A stretch of DNA of 64,000 nt from Actinomycetes bacterium (GTDB lineage: Bacteria > Actinomycetota > Acidimicrobiia > Acidimicrobiales > Bog-793). The DNA is taken from assembly GCA_021829645.1 (NCBI GenBank), contig JAKBPI010000004.1:31750-95749 (forward strand), given 5' to 3'. Position 1 is the first letter of the stretch; every line of letters begins with the position of its first letter. Positions 1-9,723 of this stretch are shown in pieces. Below the pieces are notes generated by a model, which was given only the letters and a program-made list of their open reading frames with translations, ran no database searches and was not told the origin of the DNA. A program made the position numbers and the translations under genes.

Positions 1-117
1 ACCGGGTCTTGCTATAAACTCTCTTGGTGTTGACAGAATCGTTTTACGCCGTAAAGCCAGATCGGCATGATCCAAGTAGCGCTCCAGAGCACTGAGGTAT
101 TCAGACCAAGTTGTCAT
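1..117 (-). CDS. Hypothetical protein, N-terminal part only (runs off the window edge), downstream of fliS
   Basis: ATG at 117 overlaps the fliS 3' end; open frame MTTWSEYLSALERYLDHADLALRRKTILSTPREFIARPG to position 1. Confidence 0.55.
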   Translation of the reverse strand, partial: MTTWSEYLSALERYLDHADLALRRKTILSTPREFIARPG

Positions 118-517
118 TGAGGTAGGTTTCTTTTGCCTGTTCACGGGCAACTGCTTCTGTCCAGGCGTCTTTCAATGGGAGAATGATATCTTCACAGACA
201 TTCAAGTAAGAGGTATTTTTTTCTAAGTTAGCTTTAGTAAGCAAGTCGATCAGCGTGTTGTAAAGTCTCCATAGGTCTTGGCCTCCGTCAAAGTTCTCTT
301 TTTGTAAGCTTGACCTAAGTACGATGACAATTTTTTGCGCGTTCTGTAGACAGTTATGTGATTTCTCAATATCATTATTGTCAATATACACCTTTGCCAA
401 TTCTACGTCCAAGGCCAGCTTTTCATATAAAGCCAGCAGCAAAGTAGTTTGAGAGACAATCGTTTCCGTCCTTGTCTTGGCGTATGCTTGTGCCACTTCA
501 TTTTCTGTCATGCTCAT
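101..517 (-). CDS. fliS: Flagellar export chaperone FliS
   Basis: AY...LLLALYEKL...SHNCLQNAQKIVIVLRSSL...LYNTL...AW pattern; directly after fliD. Confidence 0.9.
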   Translation of the reverse strand: MSMTENEVAQAYAKTRTETIVSQTTLLLALYEKLALDVELAKVYIDNNDIEKSHNCLQNAQKIVIVLRSSLQKENFDGGQDLWRLYNTLIDLLTKANLEKNTSYLNVCEDIILPLKDAWTEAVAREQAKETYLNDNLV

Positions 518-521
518 AAAA

Positions 522-3056
522 TTATCCTCCTGTTGTGCTACTTGTGGCGCCTGTCAGTGAACCTATCGATGAAGAACTACCGCTGAGAGAACTCAGGTAA
601 GACTGTTCGCTTTTTAGTTGGGCAAGTGTGGTTTCCATGGCGGTAAACTCAGAAGTAAGTTGCTGTTGTTCTTGTACAATGAGTTTTTTCTGTAAGGTTA
701 TTTGGCTACCGATCTGAGTCGAGCTATTTTGTAATGACTGTATTTTGCTCGGTATTTCACCGTTTGTCGTGTTGAGGGTTGTTTCAACCAAGTTTGCTAA
801 AGAACCGGAAAGACCAGGAGTGTAATTAAATGTTCCAAGTGAGGTAGAAGACGTGATACCGGGTGTTGTTACCTGCAGGGAAAGTCCGGCTAAGCTCGGG
901 TCGCTACTGGGTGCCGTCAGAATTTGTCCGCTTCCTGTCGCCGCGACCCCGTTGATAGTTCCTGCCACGTTAGTTCCTGTAAATGAGCTACCTACTATGC
1001 CCAGTACGTCCGTCGAAGAAGATGTTACTGAAAAAGTATTAGACGAACCATAATTGTTTGACGTTACCTGCAGGACATAGGAGGATCCCGACGATACAAC
1101 TTGGGCTGAGAGTGCCATGTTACCTTGGGCAAATGCGGTATTTAAGCCGTTGGCAATTTCTGATAACGTTTCTCCGGAGCTAACTCCGTAAGTGACAGAC
1201 TGCGATCCTGAGGTGATCGTGTAATTGTCGGATGAGGATACAGCAGAGGTTGGAGAGGAAAATGTTACACTGCCGTTATCTGTCGCCTGCGAGGCAGATT
1301 GTGAGACGGTAACGTTATAACTGCCGGCCTGAGTGGAATTGGATGCATATACTAAACTGACATCACTAGGTGTAGCACCAGAATAAGTGGGACTAAAAGT
1401 ACCGCCTTCTGTAAACATAGCAGCTACACCCGTGGGATTATTTTGAAAATCTGTGGCAAAAGTGGCGGCATTAAAATTGATTTGCTGGGTCTTTCCGTCA
1501 ATGGAAAGACCGGCGGCACTGCCTACTGTGGAAGTGTCAGGAACCGAGGAAGATCCTATGGCCTGTCCCACCATAGCCAGAATCTGTTGACTCAAATTCT
1601 GTAGCTGTACGTCTCCGTTAAGAGGACCTGCCGTATTGGTTTGCTGATTATAGGCAGTATCCGTACTTATCGTCTGCAATACAGTATTGGCGGCGTTTAC
1701 AAAACTTTGTACTTGCTTTGAGACTTGGGTAGCATTTGGGCTTACCGAAATGGTTACCGGAGACGAAGAGGTCTGGTTTAAACTTATAGTTACCCCGGCT
1801 AAAAGAGTGGTTACATTATTAGAGGCCGACTCTACGGTATACCCACCTGTGCCGCCGAGGGAGATTATGGCATTCTGTCCTGCTGTCACAGTCTGTAGCG
1901 TGCCAAGCCCTGAAGAAGAAAACGCTGTTGGGCTGACGGAGATATCGTTTGCAGCTCCCGAGGAATTGGATGTAAGAGAGAGAGCGTATGCATTGGCTCC
2001 TACCTGTAATGCCTGAGCGGAAACCCCGATACCGGCGCTGTTGATAGCAGAGACTACGCTTGCCAGGGATCCGTTTCCCGTCGAGATATTTTGTGCCGTG
2101 ATGCTGCCTACGCTAAGACCGGAGGTAGAAAGCGTGGCACTTACGGTTCCACCGGTTCCGGAAGTCAGGGTTACCGAGGTGGGAGAAGTCGCCGATATAT
2201 CGGTAATAGTATTACTGGTGCCGTCCACATTGATGATACCGTTTACGCCGCTGACGGCAGATGACATTGTCGAAAGACCAAGAGCGGTATTTGCCGAACC
2301 GCTTCCTACCTGTAAGGTAGCCGCAGAGCCTTGTTCTGCTGTACTCAGGACGAGTTGTCCGGAAGAGTTTACGGAAGCATTTAGAAGTCCTCCGGAAGAA
2401 GAAGCTACAGCGGAGGCGAGTTGCTGGGATGTGTAAGTTCCGCTCGCAATGGTAAAAGTATAGGCCGTTCCGTCTATCGTTACGGCCAACTGATTATTGG
2501 AAGAGCTGATAGTGGTGGAGGAAGGAAGAGGCGATGCAGAAGTAACGCTCGCCCCCGCGGAAGCTTGAGTGACTGAGATGGTATGCTGTCCTACGGTGAG
2601 TCCAGAACCTGACATGGAAGAAATTCCTATCCCGGATCCTCCTGAGGCCAGTAACAGATCTCCCGATGTTACGACATCTCCTGTAGAAGCTACAGTGCCG
2701 CTTGACATCATCGAATCGGTAGTAGCCAATTGATTGACAGAAAAAGTCACCGAACCCGTAGAAGCGCCGTTTCCTACCGTAGCCGAAGCTACCTGGGTGT
2801 TAGACGATGAGGCCGCCACGGAACCGGTAAAAGCTGCCCCAGATGTGAGCGCATTGGCAGCGGTCTGTAAAGCCTGTAACTGTGACTGAATGGTTTGGTA
2901 GTCGCTTACCTGAGAGTTTATAGTGGACTGTTGGTTTTGCAGATCCACAAGCGGTTGTTCTGCAACCTGTAAGTAGGCGCTGATAATCTGTTGCGTATTT
3001 AGTCCAGACATGATACCGGTAAAAGAGACCGGGGGTGTAGAGCCCATGCTTGTCAT
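522..3056 (-). CDS. fliD: Flagellar filament cap protein FliD (long, Ser/Thr/Gly-rich)
   Basis: N-terminal FTGIMSGLNTQQII and C-terminal FTAMETTLAQLKSEQSYL; start moved to ATG 3056, which has an AAGGAGG SD. Confidence 0.92.
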   Translation of the reverse strand: MTSMGSTPPVSFTGIMSGLNTQQIISAYLQVAEQPLVDLQNQQSTINSQVSDYQTIQSQLQALQTAANALTSGAAFTGSVAASSSNTQVASATVGNGASTGSVTFSVNQLATTDSMMSSGTVASTGDVVTSGDLLLASGGSGIGISSMSGSGLTVGQHTISVTQASAGASVTSASPLPSSTTISSSNNQLAVTIDGTAYTFTIASGTYTSQQLASAVASSSGGLLNASVNSSGQLVLSTAEQGSAATLQVGSGSANTALGLSTMSSAVSGVNGIINVDGTSNTITDISATSPTSVTLTSGTGGTVSATLSTSGLSVGSITAQNISTGNGSLASVVSAINSAGIGVSAQALQVGANAYALSLTSNSSGAANDISVSPTAFSSSGLGTLQTVTAGQNAIISLGGTGGYTVESASNNVTTLLAGVTISLNQTSSSPVTISVSPNATQVSKQVQSFVNAANTVLQTISTDTAYNQQTNTAGPLNGDVQLQNLSQQILAMVGQAIGSSSVPDTSTVGSAAGLSIDGKTQQINFNAATFATDFQNNPTGVAAMFTEGGTFSPTYSGATPSDVSLVYASNSTQAGSYNVTVSQSASQATDNGSVTFSSPTSAVSSSDNYTITSGSQSVTYGVSSGETLSEIANGLNTAFAQGNMALSAQVVSSGSSYVLQVTSNNYGSSNTFSVTSSSTDVLGIVGSSFTGTNVAGTINGVAATGSGQILTAPSSDPSLAGLSLQVTTPGITSSTSLGTFNYTPGLSGSLANLVETTLNTTNGEIPSKIQSLQNSSTQIGSQITLQKKLIVQEQQQLTSEFTAMETTLAQLKSEQSYLSSLSGSSSSIGSLTGATSSTTGG

Positions 3057-3077
3057 GATTCCTCCTTCATTATGGAT

Positions 3078-3105
3078 ATAAGAGCCGGTTTGCACCGGCT
3101 CTTAT
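3078..3105 (-). terminator. Hairpin between fliC and fliD (leaky terminator or mRNA-stabilising stem)
   Basis: 12-bp perfect inverted repeat ATAAGAGCCGGT-ttgc-ACCGGCTCTTAT; weak U-tract. Confidence 0.65.
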
Positions 3106-3128
3106 GCCAATTTTTGATCTCCCGGTGA

Positions 3129-3953
3129 CTAGATAAGTTTTAGAGCAAGTTGGGGAATCTGCTGTGCCTGTGACAAGACCGTTACACCTGATTGCTCCAA
3201 GATCTGCAATGAAGTGAATTGACTCGTCGCACTGGCCACATTGACGTCTACCAAGTTAGCATTTGCTGCAGTCAGGTTCTGTTGAGCAACCGTTACGTTG
3301 GCCGACAGTGCCTGTATCTGGTTTTGTGAAGAACCTATTGAAGCAGCGGCGGAAGCCAAAGCTGCAATAGCTGACTGGACTGCACTCATTGCCGCCTGTG
3401 CCGATGATACGGAAGTAAGCGAAAGGGTTGTTACGGCAAGTGAGGCGGCGGTTGTGGTAGTCAGAGACACTGCAACTTGGTTGCTGGAGGTGTCCTGTGG
3501 CCCTACTTGGAAAGTAAGGACTGCGTTGCTTCCGTTTAGTAGGCTGACACCTGCAAACGTCGTGGATTGTGCGATTTGGTTCAACTGATTAATCAAAGCC
3601 TGGAATTGGTTGTTGTCAGCATTGGCTGCGGTGCTGTTTGCTGCTGTGGTGGTATTGGCGGCCTGAGTGGCAATAGAGTTGGCCTGCTGCAAAATGGCTT
3701 CCTGCTGATTCATGGCACCCTGTGCGGTCTGCAAAACAGAGACTGCCGTTTGAGAGTTGCTGATAGCAGCTCCGTAACCATTGATTTCTGATTGCAGAGA
3801 TTGCGAAATGGCATAACCCGCAGGGTTGTCTGCAGCTGTTTGGATCTGCAATCCGGAACTCAATTGGCCTACGATGGTTTGCAGTTGAGCATCCGTAGCG
3901 TTCAGGTTGTTCTGTGCTCCCAGTGCTGAAAGGTTTGTATTGATAAATAGCAT
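3129..3953 (-). CDS. fliC: Flagellin (short form, little D2/D3)
   Basis: INTNLSA...LSSGLQIQTAADNPAG N-terminus, FQVG, C-terminal DVNVA...QILEQSG...QAQQIPQLALKL; SD AAGGAGG. Confidence 0.95.
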   Translation of the reverse strand: MLFINTNLSALGAQNNLNATDAQLQTIVGQLSSGLQIQTAADNPAGYAISQSLQSEINGYGAAISNSQTAVSVLQTAQGAMNQQEAILQQANSIATQAANTTTAANSTAANADNNQFQALINQLNQIAQSTTFAGVSLLNGSNAVLTFQVGPQDTSSNQVAVSLTTTTAASLAVTTLSLTSVSSAQAAMSAVQSAIAALASAAASIGSSQNQIQALSANVTVAQQNLTAANANLVDVNVASATSQFTSLQILEQSGVTVLSQAQQIPQLALKLI

Positions 3954-3956
3954 TTC

Positions 3957-4017
3957 TTGTCCTCCTTGACAAATATGACCGGCTGCCTTGCCGATATTTA
4001 CAGGCCATCCTTAGCCC
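3957..4017 (-). promoter_or_regulatory. fliC 5' leader with three short hairpins carrying AAGG(A/C)N hexaloops; the last holds the SD
   Basis: GGGCU-AAGGAU-GGCCU, UCGGC-AAGGCA-GCCGG and UUGUC-AAGGAG-GACAA read on the minus strand. Confidence 0.7.
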
Positions 4018-4180
4018 AAATCTGCTTACGTCATCTAGTTATTGTAATTTTCCAAATTGTCAAAAAAAATTATAAAAAATTTAGCAAATAGCATCACATA
4101 CAGGAAAAAGTACAAGCTTTGTGCCGTTATGAGACTAAGTACTTGTAAATTATTGCCTTTATTACAGAGGAAGAGATGCC

Positions 4181-7100
4181 GTGACACTGATCACCCTTTG
4201 CATGATAGTAAAAAATGAAGAAAACGAACTCCCCCTGGTGCTTTCATCCGCTAAGGAACTGGCGGATGAGATGGTCATCTACGATACCGGCTCTAGTGAT
4301 AATTCAATTGTGATTGCTCGCCAATTCGGAGCCAAAGTAATAGAGGGATACTGGGACGAAGACTTTTCACGGGCCAGAAATGAAGCTCTTGAGGATTGCC
4401 ACGGGGATTGGATACTATGGCTGGATGCCGACGAAGCGATTCATGGCAATTTTGAGTTGGCTAGGAAAATACTAGCGGATGAAACAAAACTTGACGCGTT
4501 TTTGGTGCCCATAGAATCGGTGGAGTTACACGGAATAGGGACAGCGGCTGCTTTTCATGCCACTAGAGTATTCAGACGTTCTAAATGCCACTGGGTGGGA
4601 CCTCTGCACGAACAGGTTACACTTCGCTCTAACGGTGACTTTCCTGCCGCAGTGTTTATGCCGCACTTACGTATACTGCATCGCGGTTATACAAATCTCA
4701 AGTGGAAGTCTAAAGACCTGACTAACAGAAACCTGACAATTGCCAAGAAAGCCCTTGACGATCCTACGGTGCCCCATGCCCGTGCGCTGTTTGACTACGG
4801 GAGAACCATGACGCAGGGGGAAGATCCACTGTCTGCTGTACCTATTTTGGAAGAAGCCGCTGAAACTACAGACTCCCCTACTATCAAAAGAGCTTCTTTT
4901 AGAATAATTTTTGAAGTGTACTTATCTCTCGCCATGCTTGACAAAGCAGAGGAAGTAATCGATATCTTACGCAAAGAATATAAAACAACTTACACTGTCG
5001 ATTCACTTTATACCAAGCTTTTATTACAGAAAAAATCATATGAAGAATGTATAAAAGTTGCAAATCGTATTCCCTATAGCGTAACAGACGACGATGGAGT
5101 GGAGATAGGCAGTTCCAATGTAGCCTGGATTAAATCACAAGCCCAAAACGCTCTTGGCAAACCGGGAGATGCTGCCGATACTCTATTGAATGTTTTGAGA
5201 CAGCACGGCAAACTGGACGAGAACTTAAGAGTTTTGGTCGAGTATCTACATGGTGCCGGACGTAGCGTAGAAGAAATCGCAGACTACACCCGAGAAGAAT
5301 CAGTCAGCATTTTGGCAGCACTTGCCGGTGGGCTTAACATAGAAGATAGCGATAAGATATTAGCAAAGCTGCTACTCCTCTATCCTAATAAAAAAGAACC
5401 GTTGGCAGCAATCACAAAGCGCCTTACGGCATTGCCGGTGGAACGACAAATGTGGTGGTCAAATGAACTGCGTGTGCGCGGACTGAAAACACAGTGTCCG
5501 CTCATCGCCACATTGGGAGACTCCGATTTTGATACAGAAGTCAGGTTGACGGCGGGAGCGGCTGCCTATCTGGCATTTGCGGATAAACGTGCCGTACAAA
5601 TGGGTGTAGCCGTCTATAGAGATATAGCCGATGATCAAAAGAAGACAATTTTTGAAAGCATCGCAGGGATCAGTCAAGAATACGCGTCACTTTTGTCTTT
5701 ACAATCCTGTGCCGTCCACATAAGTTTTGAACCATGTGAGTGTCAAGGCTATGAGCACTATATATATTCCAAGTGGTGCCTGGAAAAAGCCAATACCGCT
5801 CTCTCTCGTAAAAAAGACTTTGAAAGTTTTTTACGGTATGCAATTAAGAAACCAACAGGTGGATTTTACGAAATCAAACTGGACTCTATCCTCTCCGGAG
5901 TTTCTCACTTGGAAGCCGGACGGGCAATTAAGATGCTTGCTGCGTTGCTAGCCGAAGACGGAGTATTGGATTTCAAAGTAACCAATTTATCTGTTGCTCT
6001 GCAGTCCATGACGGACGGAGATACTTTTGTAGCCAGAGCCGCACTATATGGTCATAAAAGGTATTCGTTAGAGAGACAGCACGCCTATATTCATGACGCA
6101 TGGGATAAAGACGAGTTAGCTATCTATCTTGCAGCCTCCGGTTTAACGCTTTTATCCTGTATTGAGCAAAAAGATCTGTATATTAGGTGCAAAAAAAATA
6201 GATTCAGTCTTATTGAGAGTCACACAGATAAATTCGACACGTCATTGATTGTGATTCCGGGCAGAGATATTTCTGGAAGTGATTTTCTGGAATGGCTGGA
6301 GAGGCTCAACGGAAGCGGTGATTTGGATACGGTAGAAATAGTTGCCGTCATTCCCGCCACTAACGTCAGCTTGACGCAGGCAATAGATGGACTTAGTGGC
6401 GATATCGTAAAAATATACTTTACTAACGAAACCGATTTTTCATCTTCTCTAGACGCGGCCGTAGAAAAAAGCAACGGAGAAAACATCATTTACTTAGAAA
6501 CCGGTCTTTTGCCCTCTCCCGGATGGTTGGAAGGGTTCAAAACCGCTTTTTCTGCTCCCCAAATAGGTATGTTATCTTTGGCTGTTACGGATGAAGCCGG
6601 CATTATATTGAATGCCGGGTATAAAATGTTTTCTACGCCGGAAGGTACGTTAGAGAAAATTGCCGTCAAAGCTTACCTGGATGCCAAGAAGTCTCTTCAA
6701 GAGGAGACATCGGTTGATGCGGTCGGGTCACTGTGCTTCGGCTTGAAAAAGGAACTCTACCTAGAGAGTTCACCGATCTCTCCATTCTTACAAACCACCG
6801 ACGCCATCGCTGACTTTTCGTTGCGTGTAAAAGACTTGGGATACCAAAATAAAGTTATCAAGAATTGTACTTTGATATCGAGTAATGCAGCGGATAGTAA
6901 GCAAAGTCACCATTCTTGTTATCCAAAAGATGGATCTGAAAACCTATTGAGAGAAGAATGGGGCGAATGCCTGCCTCAAAATCAAGAGAAGGAAACGCAA
7001 GGTATAACCGCTTCAAATCTTTTACCTAATACTACGATCTTGGAGCGAACACTGAAGGTTATTCCGATGGCATCAGACGTTTCATACAACGGAATAAATT

Positions 7101-8170
7101 TGATAGGTGATTTTTCACGCGACATCACACAAAATCTTCTTTATTTAATCAAAGAAAGTGGATTTAGAGTATCGGGAATAGACTTTACCTACGATGGCAT
7201 TAAAGCTCTGACGGAAGGACCGCTATTGCCGTATTATGTCAATCTTTTGTGTGTTCCGGGGTATCGATTGGTAGATTTGGTAGGCAATTTCGGAATGGAT
7301 ATAGCCTCTGAACGATACAACGTACTGTATTGGGACTGGCCGACGTCTGAAGTTAGCGACGAAGCGAGAAGCGAAACGTCAATGGTCTCAGAAGTTTGGG
7401 CACCTTCTAAGTTTGCCTACAGGGCTATAAAAAACGTTTCTCTGCGAAATGTTCAAATTGTCAGACCGCTTTCCAAGCATATACTGCAACCTGTCAATTC
7501 TGCGGAAGGTCCCGATAAGACAAAGTTTATTCATATCGTAAGATTGCGTGAAGGATGGGATACCGAAGAGGTCACAAGCAACGCCCTCTTTACGATCGAA
7601 GCTTTCAAAGCTGCATTCGAAAATACTTTGGATGTCAGGCTAGAAATCATATTTACCGGTGTAGAAGACAAAGCGCTTTTTGCCCGTTGTCAGGAGTTGG
7701 CCAGCAAATCCGGGAATGTATCAGTTTCCTTTAGCAGTGATGCAGAGTTCATCAGAACCCAGATAGCCACTTCGGGTTGTTATATTTCTCTGCATAAATC
7801 TTGTGCCTATGATCTGGATGTTATAACTGCTGTTGCCAATGGAGTGTTGGTCTTGGCAACGGATTATGGAGGAAGCAGGGACTTTCTTGATACAAGGAGT
7901 GCCGAAGTGCTGCCTTACCGGCAAAGCCACCTTGAATCTGCCATATTTCCTTTACCTGGTAACTCGCCTGTTGCTGAGTTGGAGACGGAAACTGTCGTGT
8001 CGGCATTGCGCAAAGTCAGAACAGATTACGAAAACGTATATCAAAAGACTTGGGTTGCCAGAAAAAATCTGAATAATCTCTATACCGCCAAACAGAGTAT
8101 AAAAGTCATACAAGACCTCATGAAAAGGATCGGGAACAGCACTTTTGCCCGCAAGAGATCAGTTCTTTAG
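4181..8170 (+). CDS. Multi-domain glycosyltransferase (GT2, TPR-like, methyltransferase-like, degenerate GT2, GT4-like); probable flagellin glycosyltransferase
   Basis: LCMIVKNEE, DTGSSD, DFSRARN, WLDADE, LHEQ and ILHRGY GT2 motifs; C-terminal YISLHKS...VLATDYGGSRDFL is GT4-like; divergent from fliC. Confidence 0.85.
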   Translation: MTLITLCMIVKNEENELPLVLSSAKELADEMVIYDTGSSDNSIVIARQFGAKVIEGYWDEDFSRARNEALEDCHGDWILWLDADEAIHGNFELARKILADETKLDAFLVPIESVELHGIGTAAAFHATRVFRRSKCHWVGPLHEQVTLRSNGDFPAAVFMPHLRILHRGYTNLKWKSKDLTNRNLTIAKKALDDPTVPHARALFDYGRTMTQGEDPLSAVPILEEAAETTDSPTIKRASFRIIFEVYLSLAMLDKAEEVIDILRKEYKTTYTVDSLYTKLLLQKKSYEECIKVANRIPYSVTDDDGVEIGSSNVAWIKSQAQNALGKPGDAADTLLNVLRQHGKLDENLRVLVEYLHGAGRSVEEIADYTREESVSILAALAGGLNIEDSDKILAKLLLLYPNKKEPLAAITKRLTALPVERQMWWSNELRVRGLKTQCPLIATLGDSDFDTEVRLTAGAAAYLAFADKRAVQMGVAVYRDIADDQKKTIFESIAGISQEYASLLSLQSCAVHISFEPCECQGYEHYIYSKWCLEKANTALSRKKDFESFLRYAIKKPTGGFYEIKLDSILSGVSHLEAGRAIKMLAALLAEDGVLDFKVTNLSVALQSMTDGDTFVARAALYGHKRYSLERQHAYIHDAWDKDELAIYLAASGLTLLSCIEQKDLYIRCKKNRFSLIESHTDKFDTSLIVIPGRDISGSDFLEWLERLNGSGDLDTVEIVAVIPATNVSLTQAIDGLSGDIVKIYFTNETDFSSSLDAAVEKSNGENIIYLETGLLPSPGWLEGFKTAFSAPQIGMLSLAVTDEAGIILNAGYKMFSTPEGTLEKIAVKAYLDAKKSLQEETSVDAVGSLCFGLKKELYLESSPISPFLQTTDAIADFSLRVKDLGYQNKVIKNCTLISSNAADSKQSHHSCYPKDGSENLLREEWGECLPQNQEKETQGITASNLLPNTTILERTLKVIPMASDVSYNGINLIGDFSRDITQNLLYLIKESGFRVSGIDFTYDGIKALTEGPLLPYYVNLLCVPGYRLVDLVGNFGMDIASERYNVLYWDWPTSEVSDEARSETSMVSEVWAPSKFAYRAIKNVSLRNVQIVRPLSKHILQPVNSAEGPDKTKFIHIVRLREGWDTEEVTSNALFTIEAFKAAFENTLDVRLEIIFTGVEDKALFARCQELASKSGNVSVSFSSDAEFIRTQIATSGCYISLHKSCAYDLDVITAVANGVLVLATDYGGSRDFLDTRSAEVLPYRQSHLESAIFPLPGNSPVAELETETVVSALRKVRTDYENVYQKTWVARKNLNNLYTAKQSIKVIQDLMKRIGNSTFARKRSVL

Positions 8171-8447
8171 GGAAAGTCAATGACTCGGAAAAAGCATACT
8201 TCTCGGTTGTAGTGAGAGTTGAAGGGTTGTAAAGGGTTATTAAATTGAACTTAACCGTTCAACGAGCGTTTTACCTGCTAGACAGATTGAGAAATGCGAG
8301 AGAAGGGAAAATTAGGAAATATTATAAAATATCACTAAAAGTAGTGTCAGACTTACATAAAGTGATGATATACTAAACACTTGTAGTTGTTGTAAGAGCA
8401 AATACAATTCAGTAAGGAAGTTTTTTTCTTCCCTGACTAAAGGAGTC

Positions 8448-9323
8448 ATGATGACCCCCAAAAGTGATATAAGAAGTGTTCACTTCAATGAGGTTGCTAT
8501 CGTATGGTCAAAGTTCTTTGAGAATAGGGCCCAGGAACTGCGCAACAATCTAATTGTTACTTACCAATATCTTGTTATCGAAACGGTTAAGAGATTACCT
8601 AACTATGTGCTTTCATACTGGGAGTCTGAAGAACTGAAAAGTTTTGGTCAAGACGGATTGGTTAGAGCAATCACGCGCTGGGGAGGTCCTGATATTGATA
8701 AGTTTGAAAATTATGCTAAGCGCTGTATCAGAGGTGCAATTTTTGACGAACTGAGAAGATTGGACTGGATGCCGCGCTCCACTCGACAAAGAGTCGTGGC
8801 TTACCGCAATACTTTTGACAGAATGCTTACAGAGCTTGGCCGTACTCCTAAACCTCTTGAAGTGTGCAACGCCATGGGTCTCAATGATAAGCAATCTCGC
8901 GGTCTTCTCTCGCAAGTAGGCTCCTCACAGCTACTGCATTTGGAAGGTAGATCAGGAAGTCAAACTGCCACAGACGAAACATTAATGGATCTGGTCGTCG
9001 ACGAGAGTAACGAACCCGAGACCGTGATCATGTCTTTAGCCGACTCTGCGGCATTGGCAGCGGCAATAGCCATGCTGGGAGAAAGAGAGCAAAAGATTAT
9101 CCACCTTTCTTTTGCCGGTGGAATGACCCAAGGTGAAATTGGTAAAATACTTGGTATAGGCGGTCCGAGAGTGTGCAAAATCCAAAGAAGCGCTTTAGAG
9201 AAATTACGGGTCACTCTTTCCGAGACTTATCTAGAGTCAAAAGCAATTTCCCACCAACACACTCCGCCGAACGCAGGCAAGGCATTGCACGATAACTCTG
9301 ACTTTGCTCTGCAAACCGCATAG
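8448..9323 (+). CDS. FliA/WhiG-family RNA polymerase sigma factor
   Basis: IRGAIFDELRRLDWMPRS region 2 and region 4 HTH (MTQGEIGKILGIGGPRVCKI). Confidence 0.88.
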   Translation: MMTPKSDIRSVHFNEVAIVWSKFFENRAQELRNNLIVTYQYLVIETVKRLPNYVLSYWESEELKSFGQDGLVRAITRWGGPDIDKFENYAKRCIRGAIFDELRRLDWMPRSTRQRVVAYRNTFDRMLTELGRTPKPLEVCNAMGLNDKQSRGLLSQVGSSQLLHLEGRSGSQTATDETLMDLVVDESNEPETVIMSLADSAALAAAIAMLGEREQKIIHLSFAGGMTQGEIGKILGIGGPRVCKIQRSALEKLRVTLSETYLESKAISHQHTPPNAGKALHDNSDFALQTA

Positions 9324-9390
9324 CAGAACTACTAATAAACTTATGCCAAATAATAACCTCGTGTTATAAAAGGTGGCAAGATGAGTAGTT

Positions 9391-9720
9391 ATGGAATCCC
9401 AAACAGAGCAGGCTATTCCTGTAATGCTTGTAACCGATACCAGAAAATCTCTTCAGTGGTATCGCGAACTTGGTTTTGAGGAGGAGTGGAGTCATTCAAT
9501 CGGTAAAGGATTTCCTGTTTTAACTTCCCTAACTAGGGGGAACATAAGAATATTTCTATCCGAATATATAAACGGTATTCCTCCTAGATCTATTGTTTAC
9601 CTCATGATTCACAAAGATACCGCTATTTCTTCCACCGGCAACACCAATAATCCCGAAGAAGCATCGGAAATAACTTTGCATGATCCAGATGGCAACAGAA
9701 TCAATATCAGATATCACTAA
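9391..9720 (+). CDS. VOC/glyoxalase/bleomycin-resistance family protein
   Basis: AIPVMLVTD...WYRELGF...HDPDGNRI. Confidence 0.75.
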   Translation: MESQTEQAIPVMLVTDTRKSLQWYRELGFEEEWSHSIGKGFPVLTSLTRGNIRIFLSEYINGIPPRSIVYLMIHKDTAISSTGNTNNPEEASEITLHDPDGNRINIRYH

Positions 9721-9723
9721 TTT

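Noticed and set aside
3990-3997. GCCGATAT sigma-28-like -10
   Set aside because: It is on the strand opposite fliC and is explained as part of leader hairpin 2.
4104-4130. GCCGTTAT as a sigma-28 -10 for the glycosyltransferase
   Set aside because: The -35 position reads GAAA rather than TAAA; too weak to call.
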